NCBI GenBank assembly: GCA_004431415.1
Contig: QPMI01000191.1
Span: 12,570 to 76,569, forward strand
From: Cyanophora paradoxa CCMP329
Lineage: Eukaryota; Plantae; Glaucophyta
DNA length: 64,000 nt
Reading direction: 5' to 3'
Both the position numbers and the translations under genes were made by a program. The stretch's first letter is position 1, and each line of letters opens with the position of its first letter. A model generated the notes under the pieces. The model was given only the letters and a program-made list of their open reading frames with translations, searched no databases and was not told where the DNA came from. Shown here one piece after another: positions 48,760-59,431 of this stretch.

Positions 48760-50477
48760 CTATATATCCTTGCCGGTCTTGGAGAGGAGCGGGGCGGGCC
48801 TGGAGGGCCCGTTCTCGCGGTCCGAGTCGGGCTCGGGGGAGCCCTTCTCGAGGTCCTGGGGGGTGTCCTCGCGGGGCTTGGCGGCGGCGCGCTGGGCGAG
48901 CTTCTGCTTCTCGAGGCTGTAGAGGACGCCGCCGCCGAGGCCGATGACGATGGAGAGGACGTTGGTGAGGGTCACGGGCGTGTCGAAGAGCAGGATGCCG
49001 AGGCCGGCGAGGGGGATCTTGTTCAGCGAGCCCGTGATGCTGTACGTCGTCGGGCTCGTCTTCTTCATGCACCAGAAGGAGGAGAGGGAGAGGGCGAAGC
49101 CGATCGACCCGCTGATGAAGACGACGACGAGGAAGCCCGTGTTGCTCAGCAGCGGCTCTCGGAAGACGCCCGGCGCCTCGTCGAACAGGAAGACGAGCAC
49201 CGTGATGAGGGGGATCGAGATCAGGCTGCGCGCCGCCGCCCCCCCCGCGTCGGGCGAGGGCCTCCGCGCCGGCGGGCGGGCGTGCGGGGCGGCTCACTTG
49301 TTGTAGAACATCATGCCGAACTCGCCTGCGCACGGGGGCCGCGGGCGATAAGCTGAGAAGGACCGGGCCCTGGCGGGGGCGGGCACCGAGCTGCGTCTTG
49401 CGCATTGCCGTGCGCATGTAGAGCTGCCGGAGGCGGTTGGTCATGGAGGAGAAAGGAGAGGAAAGAAAAGACGGGGCGGCACGCACCACGTACGCGGCGG
49501 TCGCGGCGCAGTTCCCAAGCATCCAGAAGTAGCCCAGCTGCGTCCCGGAAATCGGCGCAGAGGACAGAAAGAGGAGGGCCCGCGCACCGCACTGAACTGG
49601 CTGTCGGTGTACGCGCCGACTACGGCGCTGATGATCTGGAGGAATGCGTTCAAACAGAGCAGCGGGTAAAGACGCGCCGTCCTCGCGAACCATGAGGACG
49701 AGGGAGAGGATGATGCCCGAAGACACGGTCTGGCCATACAGAACACGGTCCCCGAAGCAGATCGGGATGTTGGTCTGTGCGGATCGGTCAGTGCAGCCCA
49801 GGTTTCGCGAAGGAGAGCGGGCACACCAAGTTCTGCGGCGCGAGGGCGCACATCAAATAAGCAACCGAACCGATAACCGATTAAGAGCGCGGTGCAAAAC
49901 GTACCTTGAAGACTGTCATCATGGGCACGGAGAGGTATCGCAAGCTGAGGGCCGAGTTAGCGGGGCCATGCCCGCGAGGGAGGCGCGCGGACCTATAAGT
50001 GCCCGTGAGCAGCATAGCAACGAAGAACTGCGTATGCGCATCGTCAGATCGCGAGTCTGCGCCAAGTGGGGGCGACGGATGCCGCACAAAGTTGACGGGA
50101 AGCCATCGCCGCGCGGTGCCTGCATCGAAGTCCGCGTACGTTATGATGCCCGCCTGCTTAGCTATGGAGACCAGGAGGACGGCTATCGCGTTCTGCGGAG
50201 GAGGAGCGAAATCAGTCGCGCGCGCGCGCGGCCACACGGGGAGCCCGTAGGACCTGAATGAAGAGGAGGGCGAAGTGGAAATGGAAGGAGTAGATCGAGA
50301 GCACGACCTTGTTGACGTAGACCATGCTGCAAAGAGCGGTTTGGCGAGAGCAGCGCGGCTGGGGAGAGGGACGAACCACATCGAGCAGAAGGAGTAGAGG
50401 AAGCACGAAAGGATCGCATTCCTCTGCGCGTGCGCGTCGTTGTGGGCCGCGCCCTTGGCATAGCCGTCCGACCCCAT
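48760..50477 (-). CDS. Golgi GDP-mannose transporter (VRG4/GONST-like)
   Basis: SMVYVNKVVL, WLPVN, LSVPMMTVFK, MMFYN, TSPTTYSITGSLNKIP (GXLNK motif). Confidence 0.95.
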
Positions 50478-50927
50478 CTGCAGCGCGCCGCGAGATGCGG
50501 CTTCTGCGGCCGGTGCTGCCCTCCTCCTCTTGCGACGGCGCTGACCGATTCTGAAGCCTGCCGCCTTTTACTCAAACCAGCCGACCTGGGTACGAGCTGC
50601 AAAACCACCGAGCCTTCTGCTGCGTGCGGGGCGTAGCTTTCTTCAAGGCCAAGCTTGTTTTTAGCTACGATCTCACCGCTTCACTCCTGTCTCCCTTTTC
50701 ACGCCCTGGCCCACACTCGCCGCTTAGCTCCGCTGCCTGCCGCAGCGCTGTCTGGAGTCCATGATGTCCAGGTGCGTCAAATACCCAGCGGCCCCCAGTC
50801 TGACCTTCAGCTGATACGCGCGGTTCAGCTCGAAGAAGACTGGCTCCGTTTGGCCAGCGCTGGTGCGGCGCTCGCCGCGGCGTGCCGCGCCCTCCAGTTG
50901 CGTTGCGACGCGACAGCAACGCAGAGC

Positions 50928-51242
50928 ATGCCTCCTCCGCCCGCCAAAGAGGAGTTCGGACTCGACGGGCCGTCCCCGGTCCTCGTTCCGCTCGTCAGGT
51001 GCCAACGGCCGCCCTTCGCTCCGCGTGTGCGTGCAGTCCTGAGCGTTCGTGCAGCATCAGTCAGGGCGAACGGGCCCTCTGCTCCATGGAGATGCCGGAG
51101 ACTCCGAGCCACCACATCCCCACCTTGAAGGCGCGCCCCTTGAGGCCTCCGAGGCTCGGGGCCCGCCTCATCTCCCTGCGCCGCTCTCCTGATGCGAGAG
51201 CAGCCCAAGTACAAGGCAGAGTTCAAGCCCAGCGGACAGTGA
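50928..51242 (+). CDS. Possible small 3-exon protein of about 61 aa
   Basis: Phase-compatible host-type introns; MPPPPAKEEFGLDG..PKYKAEFKPSGQ; no family recognised. Confidence 0.3.
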
Positions 51243-51796
51243 GGCTTCCAATTGAACACAGCTCCTCCAAGTAGGCCCTGCTGCTTGAACCCGCCTCCCC
51301 TCCGCCGCAACCGACTGTTTGCTTGCTGAACTCGAGCTCAGATATTCGGGCTTTCAACAGCGCACGCTGTGTATCGGAGAAATGACTTCCTCGGCAAAAA
51401 CGAGACCGCGGGCTTTTGCAGAGCCTTGCGCGCTCGAGATTTAGAGGAGCCTCGGAGCGCAATGCCAGCCGGGGCAAAACCACACCCAGCTTCAAGACCC
51501 GCCCTGTATCAATATCCCGAGCCCGGTTGGTCCGGGTCGTATTTCTAGCGCTAGCCCTAGGCCTTTGAAGCGAGCCCTTCCGGGATAGCACCTGTACTGT
51601 GACATATAGCCCAGAAAAGTCTAGCTCTAGACATCGATCTGTGCTTGAAAACTCAATGCTTTCACTCAAGGCTCAGTGCTACCAGTCCCACTACCTGTCT
51701 ACGTATAAGCGAAATACAACAAGGGGGCAATGGGAGCTGCAGAATATGTGCAAGAGTGCAGCTCCCCCGCCCTAATTACGGGAGGCGGTTGGGGTC

Positions 51797-52841
51797 TCAG
51801 CCCTCGAACTCGACTCGGACGGCGTTCGTGGGGTCGTTGTGCGTTCCGAATAGGAAGTGCACGAGCTTGGGGGTCGCCAGCCATCTCCTCCCCGGCCTCA
51901 GCCGGGGGTAGATGGAGTCGAAGAAGTAGTAGAAGTGGCCGACGGCGATGCCGAGGAGATCCACCGTGGGGCTGTTCCCCAGCAGCATCGAGAACGCCAG
52001 CAGCACCCACGGCAGGTACGGCGCCGTGAAGGTGAAGAGCCCTGCTCGCCGTCAGCGTGGGGGGGCCGGCGCCGCGCGACAAGGGCGGGGGAGGGGCACC
52101 GAGGAAGCTCATGCGGACGTGCTCATTGTTACGCCCCCAGACATACACCATCATGAACGTCAGGGAAGACCCCAGGAAGTGGATGTTGATGAACGGGGCG
52201 AACATCTGCGGCAGGCTCAGGTCGCCGACCCGCAGCTGCGTCGCCCCCACGGGGCGCAAGCGCGCTGCGCACGGTCAAGATCGTCGCCCCGAGGGTAAGC
52301 ATCCACGCGAAGTCCGCCGTCCGCCCCCGGAACTTCCCCTCTTCGAGCGACTTGCAGTACCTCACGCTACGCGCGCTTCCGCGTAAGCTGGAGGAGTGTG
52401 CGGTGTCGCAAAAGAAAGCGTACAGGAAGAACATATGGAAGATGAAGTCCAGACCGAACACGCCGAAGAAGAAGAAGTTCGTAAAGAGCCTCCAGAGCTG
52501 AGCAAGGGTCAGCGGCGGCCGCGGCACTGGCGCTGGCTTAAGCACCTGATACTTGTGGAATATGAGCTTGAAGTTGAAGTAAAGCGAGAACGGTGACACG
52601 AGCTCGAGGTGGCAGGCCGCAGTCGTAAGGAAGGCTGCACGCAGAGGACGCGTCAGCAGGGCGCAGGGAAAGCGCGCGAGGCGGGGCGCACATATCGTCA
52701 GATACGATCGCGTGACGAAGGGCATGGCCCTGTAGGCATCTGCTCGACGGGAACCGGACTCAGCGCCGGAGGAGTGCTGACTGGGATATGAAGCGCGGTG
52801 CCGGGGGCCGCATTGGCCGCACCCGCGATGTCTTGCGGCAT
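51797..52841 (-). CDS. DERL2: Derlin (Derlin-2-like) ERAD membrane protein
   Basis: MPFVTRSY, QLWRLFTNFFFFG, RYCKSLEEGKFRGRTADF, FTAPYLPWVL, GIAVGHFYYF. Confidence 0.95.
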
Positions 52842-52986
52842 CCCGGCGCCGTGCACGCACAAGCTACGAAGCTGCGTCGAAGGCTCGAAGGCTGTCGAAG
52901 CAAAGTTTGCGGGTACCGCAATTTCCGGAGGCAACTCGTGGGACGCACGCCCGTGCCGCGTCGCTCGGCGTTCAACCTTATAGATA

Positions 52987-54440
52987 ATGGCCTTCATAGT
53001 TTTTTCAGCACCCGCAGCCTCATCCCGTTTACTCAGTGCCGACCAGTTCTCGGCGTGCGCGTCTCAACCGCGACCGGCGACGTCGACGAGGCCACCGTCG
53101 CGCTCGACGTCTCTTACACCGACGTCCGCCCCCCGGCAATCGGCCTGCGAGCGGCGCCGGTTCTTCCACGGCGCACGCAGCACCGCCCGCCCGTTCCAAG
53201 CGCAGCGGGCGCCCGGCGCATATGACCGGACGCGCTTTTCTTCAACATTTTTTCAACTCAGAGCAAGCGCTGGCGCTGGTGGCGAAAGCGGCGGCGCTCC
53301 CTCGGGAACTCTGCAGATCCCGCTTTTCCCCCTGTACAACAGCGTCCTCCTGCCGATCAACACGCCTGTCCTGCCGTGGGTTCGCAGAGAGTCATCCGAA
53401 TCCGAGTGCCGGGGCTGCGCGCGCGCTCACCGGTCCGGGTCTCCTCGCCGCAGCACTTCTTCGACCCTCGCTACAGGGCAATGATCAACGAGGTTCTCGA
53501 CAAGACACCGCCGGGCCAGCCGAAATTCTTCGGGGTTCGCCCGACGGCCCACGCCGCGCATCGTGCTTGACGCCGCGGGCAGGTGGTGAACGCGACGGAG
53601 GGGGCGGGGGAGGGGGAGGAGGAGTACGCGCCGGTGGGCGTCGTGTGTGAGATCAGCGCGTTCGAAAAGTTCCCAGACGGCCGCATCCTCGCGTGCGCCC
53701 CGCGCCGGCCTGTCCCCGCATTGCGGCCCGGCCGCGGGGCGGCGTGCGGGGGCCTCGCTGAGAGGGGGCGCGGGGGCAGGAACACGCGGGTGAAGGAGAA
53801 GTTCCGGTTCCGGGTGGAGGGGCTGAGCCAGCGGATCCCCTTCCGCAAGGCGCACGTCTCGTGGCTCCCGGACGAGGCGCCGGCCGGGGGCGAGGAGGCG
53901 CTCGCGGAGGCCGAGGCGCGCCTCCTCGCCACGCTGCGCGAGATGGCGCGCCTCTCCCGCGCCCTCTACGGCGGCGGCCTCGTCCGCCCCGCCCCGCCCG
54001 CCCCTGAGCAGCGCCGGCGCCTGCGCTGAGGCGGCCTACGTGCGCAGGGGAGCCAGCTGCCGATCCACCAGCAGCTGTACGCCGCGGCGGGGGCGATGCC
54101 GCCGGCCGCCCGCCGCACGCAGCTCGCCTACATCGTCGCCGAGGTGCGCGCGGGCCGGCGCGGGGCGCTCGAGGCGAGCCGGCCGAGGCGGGCGGGGCGG
54201 GGCGTGTCGAGCGCAGGCGCTCGAGATCGGGCTCCCGGAGCAGCGGGCGCTACTGGAGGCGACGGACCCGCCGCCCGCCTCGCCCTCGCCGACCAGGCCC
54301 GCCCCCGCCGCCCCGCCGCCGGCCGCCTCCTGAGCCTCGGGGCGCGCTGACGGGCGGGGCCGGCGCAGGCCCTCACGGAGCGCCTCAAGCTGCTCGCCGC
54401 GAAGCACTCCCTCCGCTCCGCCCTCGGACCCATCGCCTGA
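52987..54440 (+). CDS. LON peptidase substrate-binding-domain protein, plastid-targeted
   Basis: MAFIV.. transit peptide; IPLFPLYNSVLLP, HFFDPRYRAMI, VGVVCEI..PDGRIL, EQRALLE. Confidence 0.88.
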
Positions 54441-54639
54441 TCATGACTCATGATCAATAGATCATTGCCCATAACTCCGCGCGCCCCGCGGCCGGAGACT
54501 TGCGGCGAGTTCGAGGGCGCGGCCCCCCGATCACCCTGTACATACAAGATAGGGTAGCCTTTCCGAGGCTCAGTGTTGCCTCCCTGTTGTAATTCAGTAA
54601 TGCAGTGTGCAGTGCAGACCGTCGTCGTCGGACCTGTAG

Positions 54640-55560
54640 CTACGTTAACTAGCTATGCATGTATAGATGTAGATCTGGACTTGGCCTTCCTGTTGTACCA
54701 CTGGGCCATGCCGTAACGGTCGTCAGTCTCAGATCTACTAGGCTAGACCTAGATCGAGCCCCAGGAGTCCCTGTTCGAATTCTTTCATGATCCGATGATC
54801 ATGATTATTCCACACGTGCACTGGTACAGGCCCAGTACTAGTGGGCCAATCACAACTCGACTAATTACTTGCCACTGCCAGGCTGGCCCAGCTAGTGGCC
54901 ATGGGCCACTACCGTATACGTTCAGCTGGGCCCGGGGCCAAGTTAAGCCTTCCGAGTTCATGATTTCGAGTTCCCGAAGTTCAACGGTTCTTACGATCAT
55001 GATCATCGGATCATGATCCGATGATCGATGATCCGAGGTTTCGATCGGGAATTAGATCGAAGTCCAACGGCATGTACCGTGGCACGGTACCGGTGCCCCC
55101 GCGCGTGCCAGCTGCAGGCTCGCGTGACATCATGGCATGAGTCCCGGAGTCCAAACTCCGATCGCGAGGCCCTGAGGCTCGGCGAGTCTTCAGAGTTCGA
55201 ATCTTCACAGAGTTCGAGTCTTCAGAGTACTGGGTCCGACGGTCCGACGGTCATGATCCGATGATCATCGCGATCGGATGATCATCGGAGCCTCGGAGTC
55301 CTCCCTGACTCTCATGATCAGTAAGCCCAGCCCGGGCCCCCGCGAGTCTCTCGCCGAGTCGAGCTCCGAGGCTCTGGCCCCCCTTCGGGCCCCCCAGATC
55401 TAGAGCCTATTTAGCTACAGCTAGCCACATGTACAGCTGCTGTCTCCGGATCAACTGATCATCATGGCATGACCACTCATGCATCAGTGTGTGTGACTCG
55501 CATGTCAGTGTACTTGCAATTGGCGTGGATCCAAGCTTAAGTACGGCAGCTGCAGGCTAG
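54640..55560. repeat. Intergenic field saturated with X-rc(X)-X and X-C-rc(X)-G-X palindromic micro-insertions
   Basis: Exact 11-mers start at 54698, 54790, 55001, 55016, 55234, 55242, 55256, 55288 and 55364. Confidence 0.85.
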
Positions 55561-55634
55561 GGGGCCCCGTCGAGGCGCCCACTGCAATGCATATATGCTC
55601 AGCGGCTCACGATCTTGACGAGTTCAGTTGATTT

Positions 55635-58320
55635 TCAGATGGAGAGATCGGCGCGCAGGACGGGCGAGAGCCTGCTCCGCATCGTTGGCTTGATGTGCAG
55701 GGCCGCCGCCGCCGCTGCCTCCGTCTCCTGCACGCCCCCGCAATCGTCATCAGCTCGAACGATGGTTGTCGAGATGCGGCCGCCGGGGAGGCCTAGGGCG
55801 GGGATCGGGGCGGGGGGGGGGGGGGGGGGGAAGTGGAAAGGGGTGAGTGGCCTGGGGTGGGTGGGTGGGTGGCCATGGGGGGTTGGGGGTCGGGGTGCCG
55901 GGGGTGGGGTGGGGGGGTAGGGGGGGTTGGGGGGGTGTGTGTGGTGGGGGGGTGTGTGGGAGGGGGGGGGGGGGGGCGGGGGCGGGCGGGCGGGCGCTTG
56001 CGGATGCGCACGGGGCACTTGGCGAGGGCGTAGAGGCGCAGGAGGGCCGCGGCCTCCAGCACCGTGAAGCGGTTCACGCCTGCCCGCGCGCGCACACACA
56101 CGTGTACGCCCAGTCAGCTGCAGTACGAGTGCTGCGCCTCGCGCTCGATCGATATCGCCGCCGGGCGCAAGCTCCAACGCACTCTTCTCGAGTTCGATCT
56201 TGCCGAGGAAACCGCCTTCCACGGTGCACTTCACCACGTCCCCCTGCCGCCGCCGGCGCCGCCGCCGCTGGGATTAGGCTAGGTGCGGGCGGTGGATCTG
56301 GAGGGGATTCAGAATGGAAGTGGGATCGGGGGGGGCACCAGGCGGTCGACGAAGAAGAAGCGGAGCTCGAGGTCGTCGCGGTCGCGGAAGGTGTGGAAGC
56401 GGGGGCCGGGGGCGGGCGTGCGGGAGGCGGCGGCGGCGCGGCGGTAGAGGACCTCGACCTCCTCCTCGAGGCGCTGCTCGGGGCGGGCGAGGAGGGGCCC
56501 CCAGCCGGCCCCCGGCGCGTCGAGGCCCGAGGGGGAGGGGGGGGCGAGGGCCGCCTCCCGGGCAAGGAGCTCCAGCGCGTCGTAGAGCGCCTCGCAGGCC
56601 GGCTGCCCGCTTTGCGCCTCGCAGTTGAACGTCACCCGGTGACTCTCCAGCACTGCCGAACGCGGGGCGAGCGCGCTCAAGGTCAGACGCGCCGGAGAGC
56701 CAGCGCCGCACGATCGCGATCCGCTTGCGTTTGAGCGACAGGCCTCCAATCTTGAAATAATATCTCTCGACGGCTGCGCACGCCAACGGCGCGCGCCGGC
56801 GTCAAGGCTCACGTTGGGGAGCGGAAGCGGGCATGGGTTGCGGAGGAGGGCGTGGACGCACGGGGGCCGGTGCCCTGCTCGAGCCTGGCGAGGCGGGCGG
56901 AGACGACCGCCTTCTCCATCCGCCCCAGGAGGCTCACCAGCTCGCCCTGCGCGAACAGCCTGCCCCCGCGCCTCTGCCTCGAACCCGCGGCCTCGAGCTC
57001 GAGGCGGGGCGGGGCGGGGCGGGGCGGGGCGGGGCGCACCGGGCGGGGTCTGCAGCGGCGTCCCCGGCCCCCGAGTAGGCTGCCGCCCAGCGGAGGAAGG
57101 CCCCAGCGTCGTCCAGCTCGCCGGCGCCATCCCCGTCGCCATCGCAGGCCTCCTCCAGCTGCAGCTGCCTGCCGCCCTCCGCATCCCCACCCGAGGCTGC
57201 CGGCCTGCCGCCGTCGACAGAACAATCCTCCTCCAGCTGCAGCTGCCTGCCACCCCGATCCCGACCGGAGCTCGAGCTCGAGGCTGCCGGCCTGCCGCGG
57301 TCGACAGCGGCTGCGACCGGTACAGCAGCCGCGACCGGCCGGCGCGGTACCGCGGTCGCGGGCCCCCGCCTAGGCGACGCGTTCGGCCGCGGGGAGCCCT
57401 CGAGCAGCAGGTCAGCCTGCGCATGCGCATGCGCAGGGGCGCTGGCTCAAAGAGCGTGCTGCCGACCGCGAGGCGCGGGCGCGAGGGCGGGGTGCGCGCG
57501 GCGCCGGACCTCGGGGTCGTACAGGGCCGGCGAGGGCGCCGCATAGAAGGCCGCGACGCACTGCGGACCCACCTCCGGCCACCGCGCCTGCCCCCGCGGC
57601 CCCCGCTCGCCGTCCTGATCCGTGGAGCGACCGCGAGGGCTCCACATCAAGAGAGAGTGTCTCGCCTGTATGCGCCGCAGCGAGAGGCGGAGGTAGGGCT
57701 TCTCGCCGTCGCCGTCGCCGTCGCTGCCTTCGACGACGTCGCGAACGCCTCCCGCGAGACCCTCTGCTGCGCCGTCAAATACTTCATGGACGCAGGCCTG
57801 TAAACACGCGCTACAGCTAGCTTCACCAGAGCATCCGCGTTGCAATTGCAATTGGCGGCGTGCGCATCGATATCAATCGCACGCACCGCAGACAGGGCAG
57901 ATTTCGCCTGCACCGCCCGCCCCTCGGCTCGCCAGGCACTTGCCGTGAAAGCTGGTGCATGTCAACGCATCCATGTGCGGGTGGGCTACAAGGCGCGCGC
58001 GCACTTGTGGCCGCAGGAGAGGTAGCCGTCGGAGGGGCGCGACACGGGATCGAAGCAGAGGGCGCAGAGGTCACCCGTGTGGCCCGGTCTGTGGCGCAGA
58101 AGCTGCAGCTCCTGCGGCCACGACCGCGATTCGTAACAATCAAGATCAAGATCATGATTAGCGACCATGAACGCGGAAGCTTACAGCCAAAGCTTGCGCA
58201 GCGGCCTCTCTTCGCAACAGGAGACCCCTCTGCTGGACAGCGTTGACCGCCGCGCGTGCTGCGACTGCGAGGCACGCTGCAGCTACACCTGCAGCTGCCA
58301 TCAATCGGGCTCGAGTTCAC
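55635..58320 (-). pseudogene. RING-H2 finger gene with an unknown C-terminal region; relaxed or decaying (start not located)
   Basis: Splicing out 57952-58004 gives CALCFDPVSRPSDGYLSCGHNFHGKCL..CPVC (57888-58066). Downstream exons have host-type introns and many micro-insertions. Confidence 0.6.
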
Positions 58321-59019
58321 CCTTGCGAGAGAAATTCAAACGCGTACGCACTGCCAAGCACAAGAAGGCTGGGATCAATGACCGTGGTGATCGCGTCGAG
58401 CTGACTCGACGTCGCAGCCGATTGTAATTGTCCTGCAGCTGCTATCGTGTTATTTTATGATCAGATCAAGAAGCTAAAACCAATTATGTATCGGCTGCAG
58501 CCGCGGCCGCGGCCGGCGCCGCAGATGCAGCTCACCATCGATATCGCCCGGGCCAGCTGCAGCTGCAGCGCCAGCGCCTAACGCGGCCGCGCCCGCCGCG
58601 GCGCCGGCCGTCACAGTTGAAGCCTGGATGAGATGATCGCAGCCGCGGCGCCGGCGCCGCGGCCGGCTTCCGACACCGACGTCGACGTCGACGCGGCCGC
58701 GCCTGCACGGGGATTCTGTTCGAGCAGGATATTCGACTTCTTGATGATCACGCACGTGCAGAGGACGCTGGTGGTGCCAGTATGCGGCCGGCCGTGGGGG
58801 CGATCGTCGCCGCGGCCGGGCGCACCCAACCGTTGCGATGAAATGCGCCGCGCTGCTGATGAAATGAAGCTCCTGCAATGTAGATCATGGCGAATGGACG
58901 ACGCAGGCATACGGGATCTAAGTGCAAGGTGACCGCAATCGAGGAACAAGCATGCAGGTGCTACATCGTCCCGTGCTCCCACGTGCACTGGTGACGGGAG
59001 CACTACGAAGGCAGTCGAG

Positions 59020-59145
59020 CGCATCGCGGGGGGTACCGTATACGTGGTCCTAGTTGCGGAGTTGCGGTACGTCCCGGTCGGTCCCGCATCGCGGGGGGTA
59101 CCGTATACGTGGTCCTAGTTGCGGAGTTGCGGTCCCGGTCGGTCC
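59020..59145. repeat. Tandem duplication (65 + 61 bp)
   Basis: Copies 59020-59084 and 59085-59145 are identical except for GT to GT-AC-GT at 59067-59072. Confidence 0.95.
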
Positions 59146-59431
59146 TAGGCTCCTAGCTAGCGCTGTAGGCCTAGGGCAGGCCTGCGCATACGCAAGCGGG
59201 CTACATGTGGATACCTAGCTAGGGGCTGGGGTGCGCATGTGCAAGTCGCCTGCAGCTGGCGTCGACGGCTCATTTATTCGAATTCACGAACTCGAAATTA
59301 AATTCTGTACAGGAGGCCTATAGCTAGGGGGCGCCGCCCCGCCGCGACGCGGTCGGGGCCGATATTCGCCGGGCGCCGTGCAGCTGTGCACGTGCGGCGC
59401 GCGGGGCGGGGGCGTGGGCGGGGCCCGGGGC

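Noticed and set aside
54780-55320. Recurrent TCATGATCCGATGATC as a CRISPR-like or satellite array
   Set aside because: Irregular spacing, eukaryotic context and no cas genes; explained by stacked footprints.
56330-56410. PGPRFHTFRDRDDLELRFFFVD loosely like MULE/FAR1 transposase
   Set aside because: No DDE motifs or TIRs; it is joined to a RING-H2 gene with host introns.
58725-58735. ATATCCTG on the minus strand as a U12 donor
   Set aside because: Imperfect consensus, with no U12 branch site or exon context.
59001-59012. CACTACGAAG resembling a CACTA terminus
   Set aside because: No matching inverted end or TSD found in the window.
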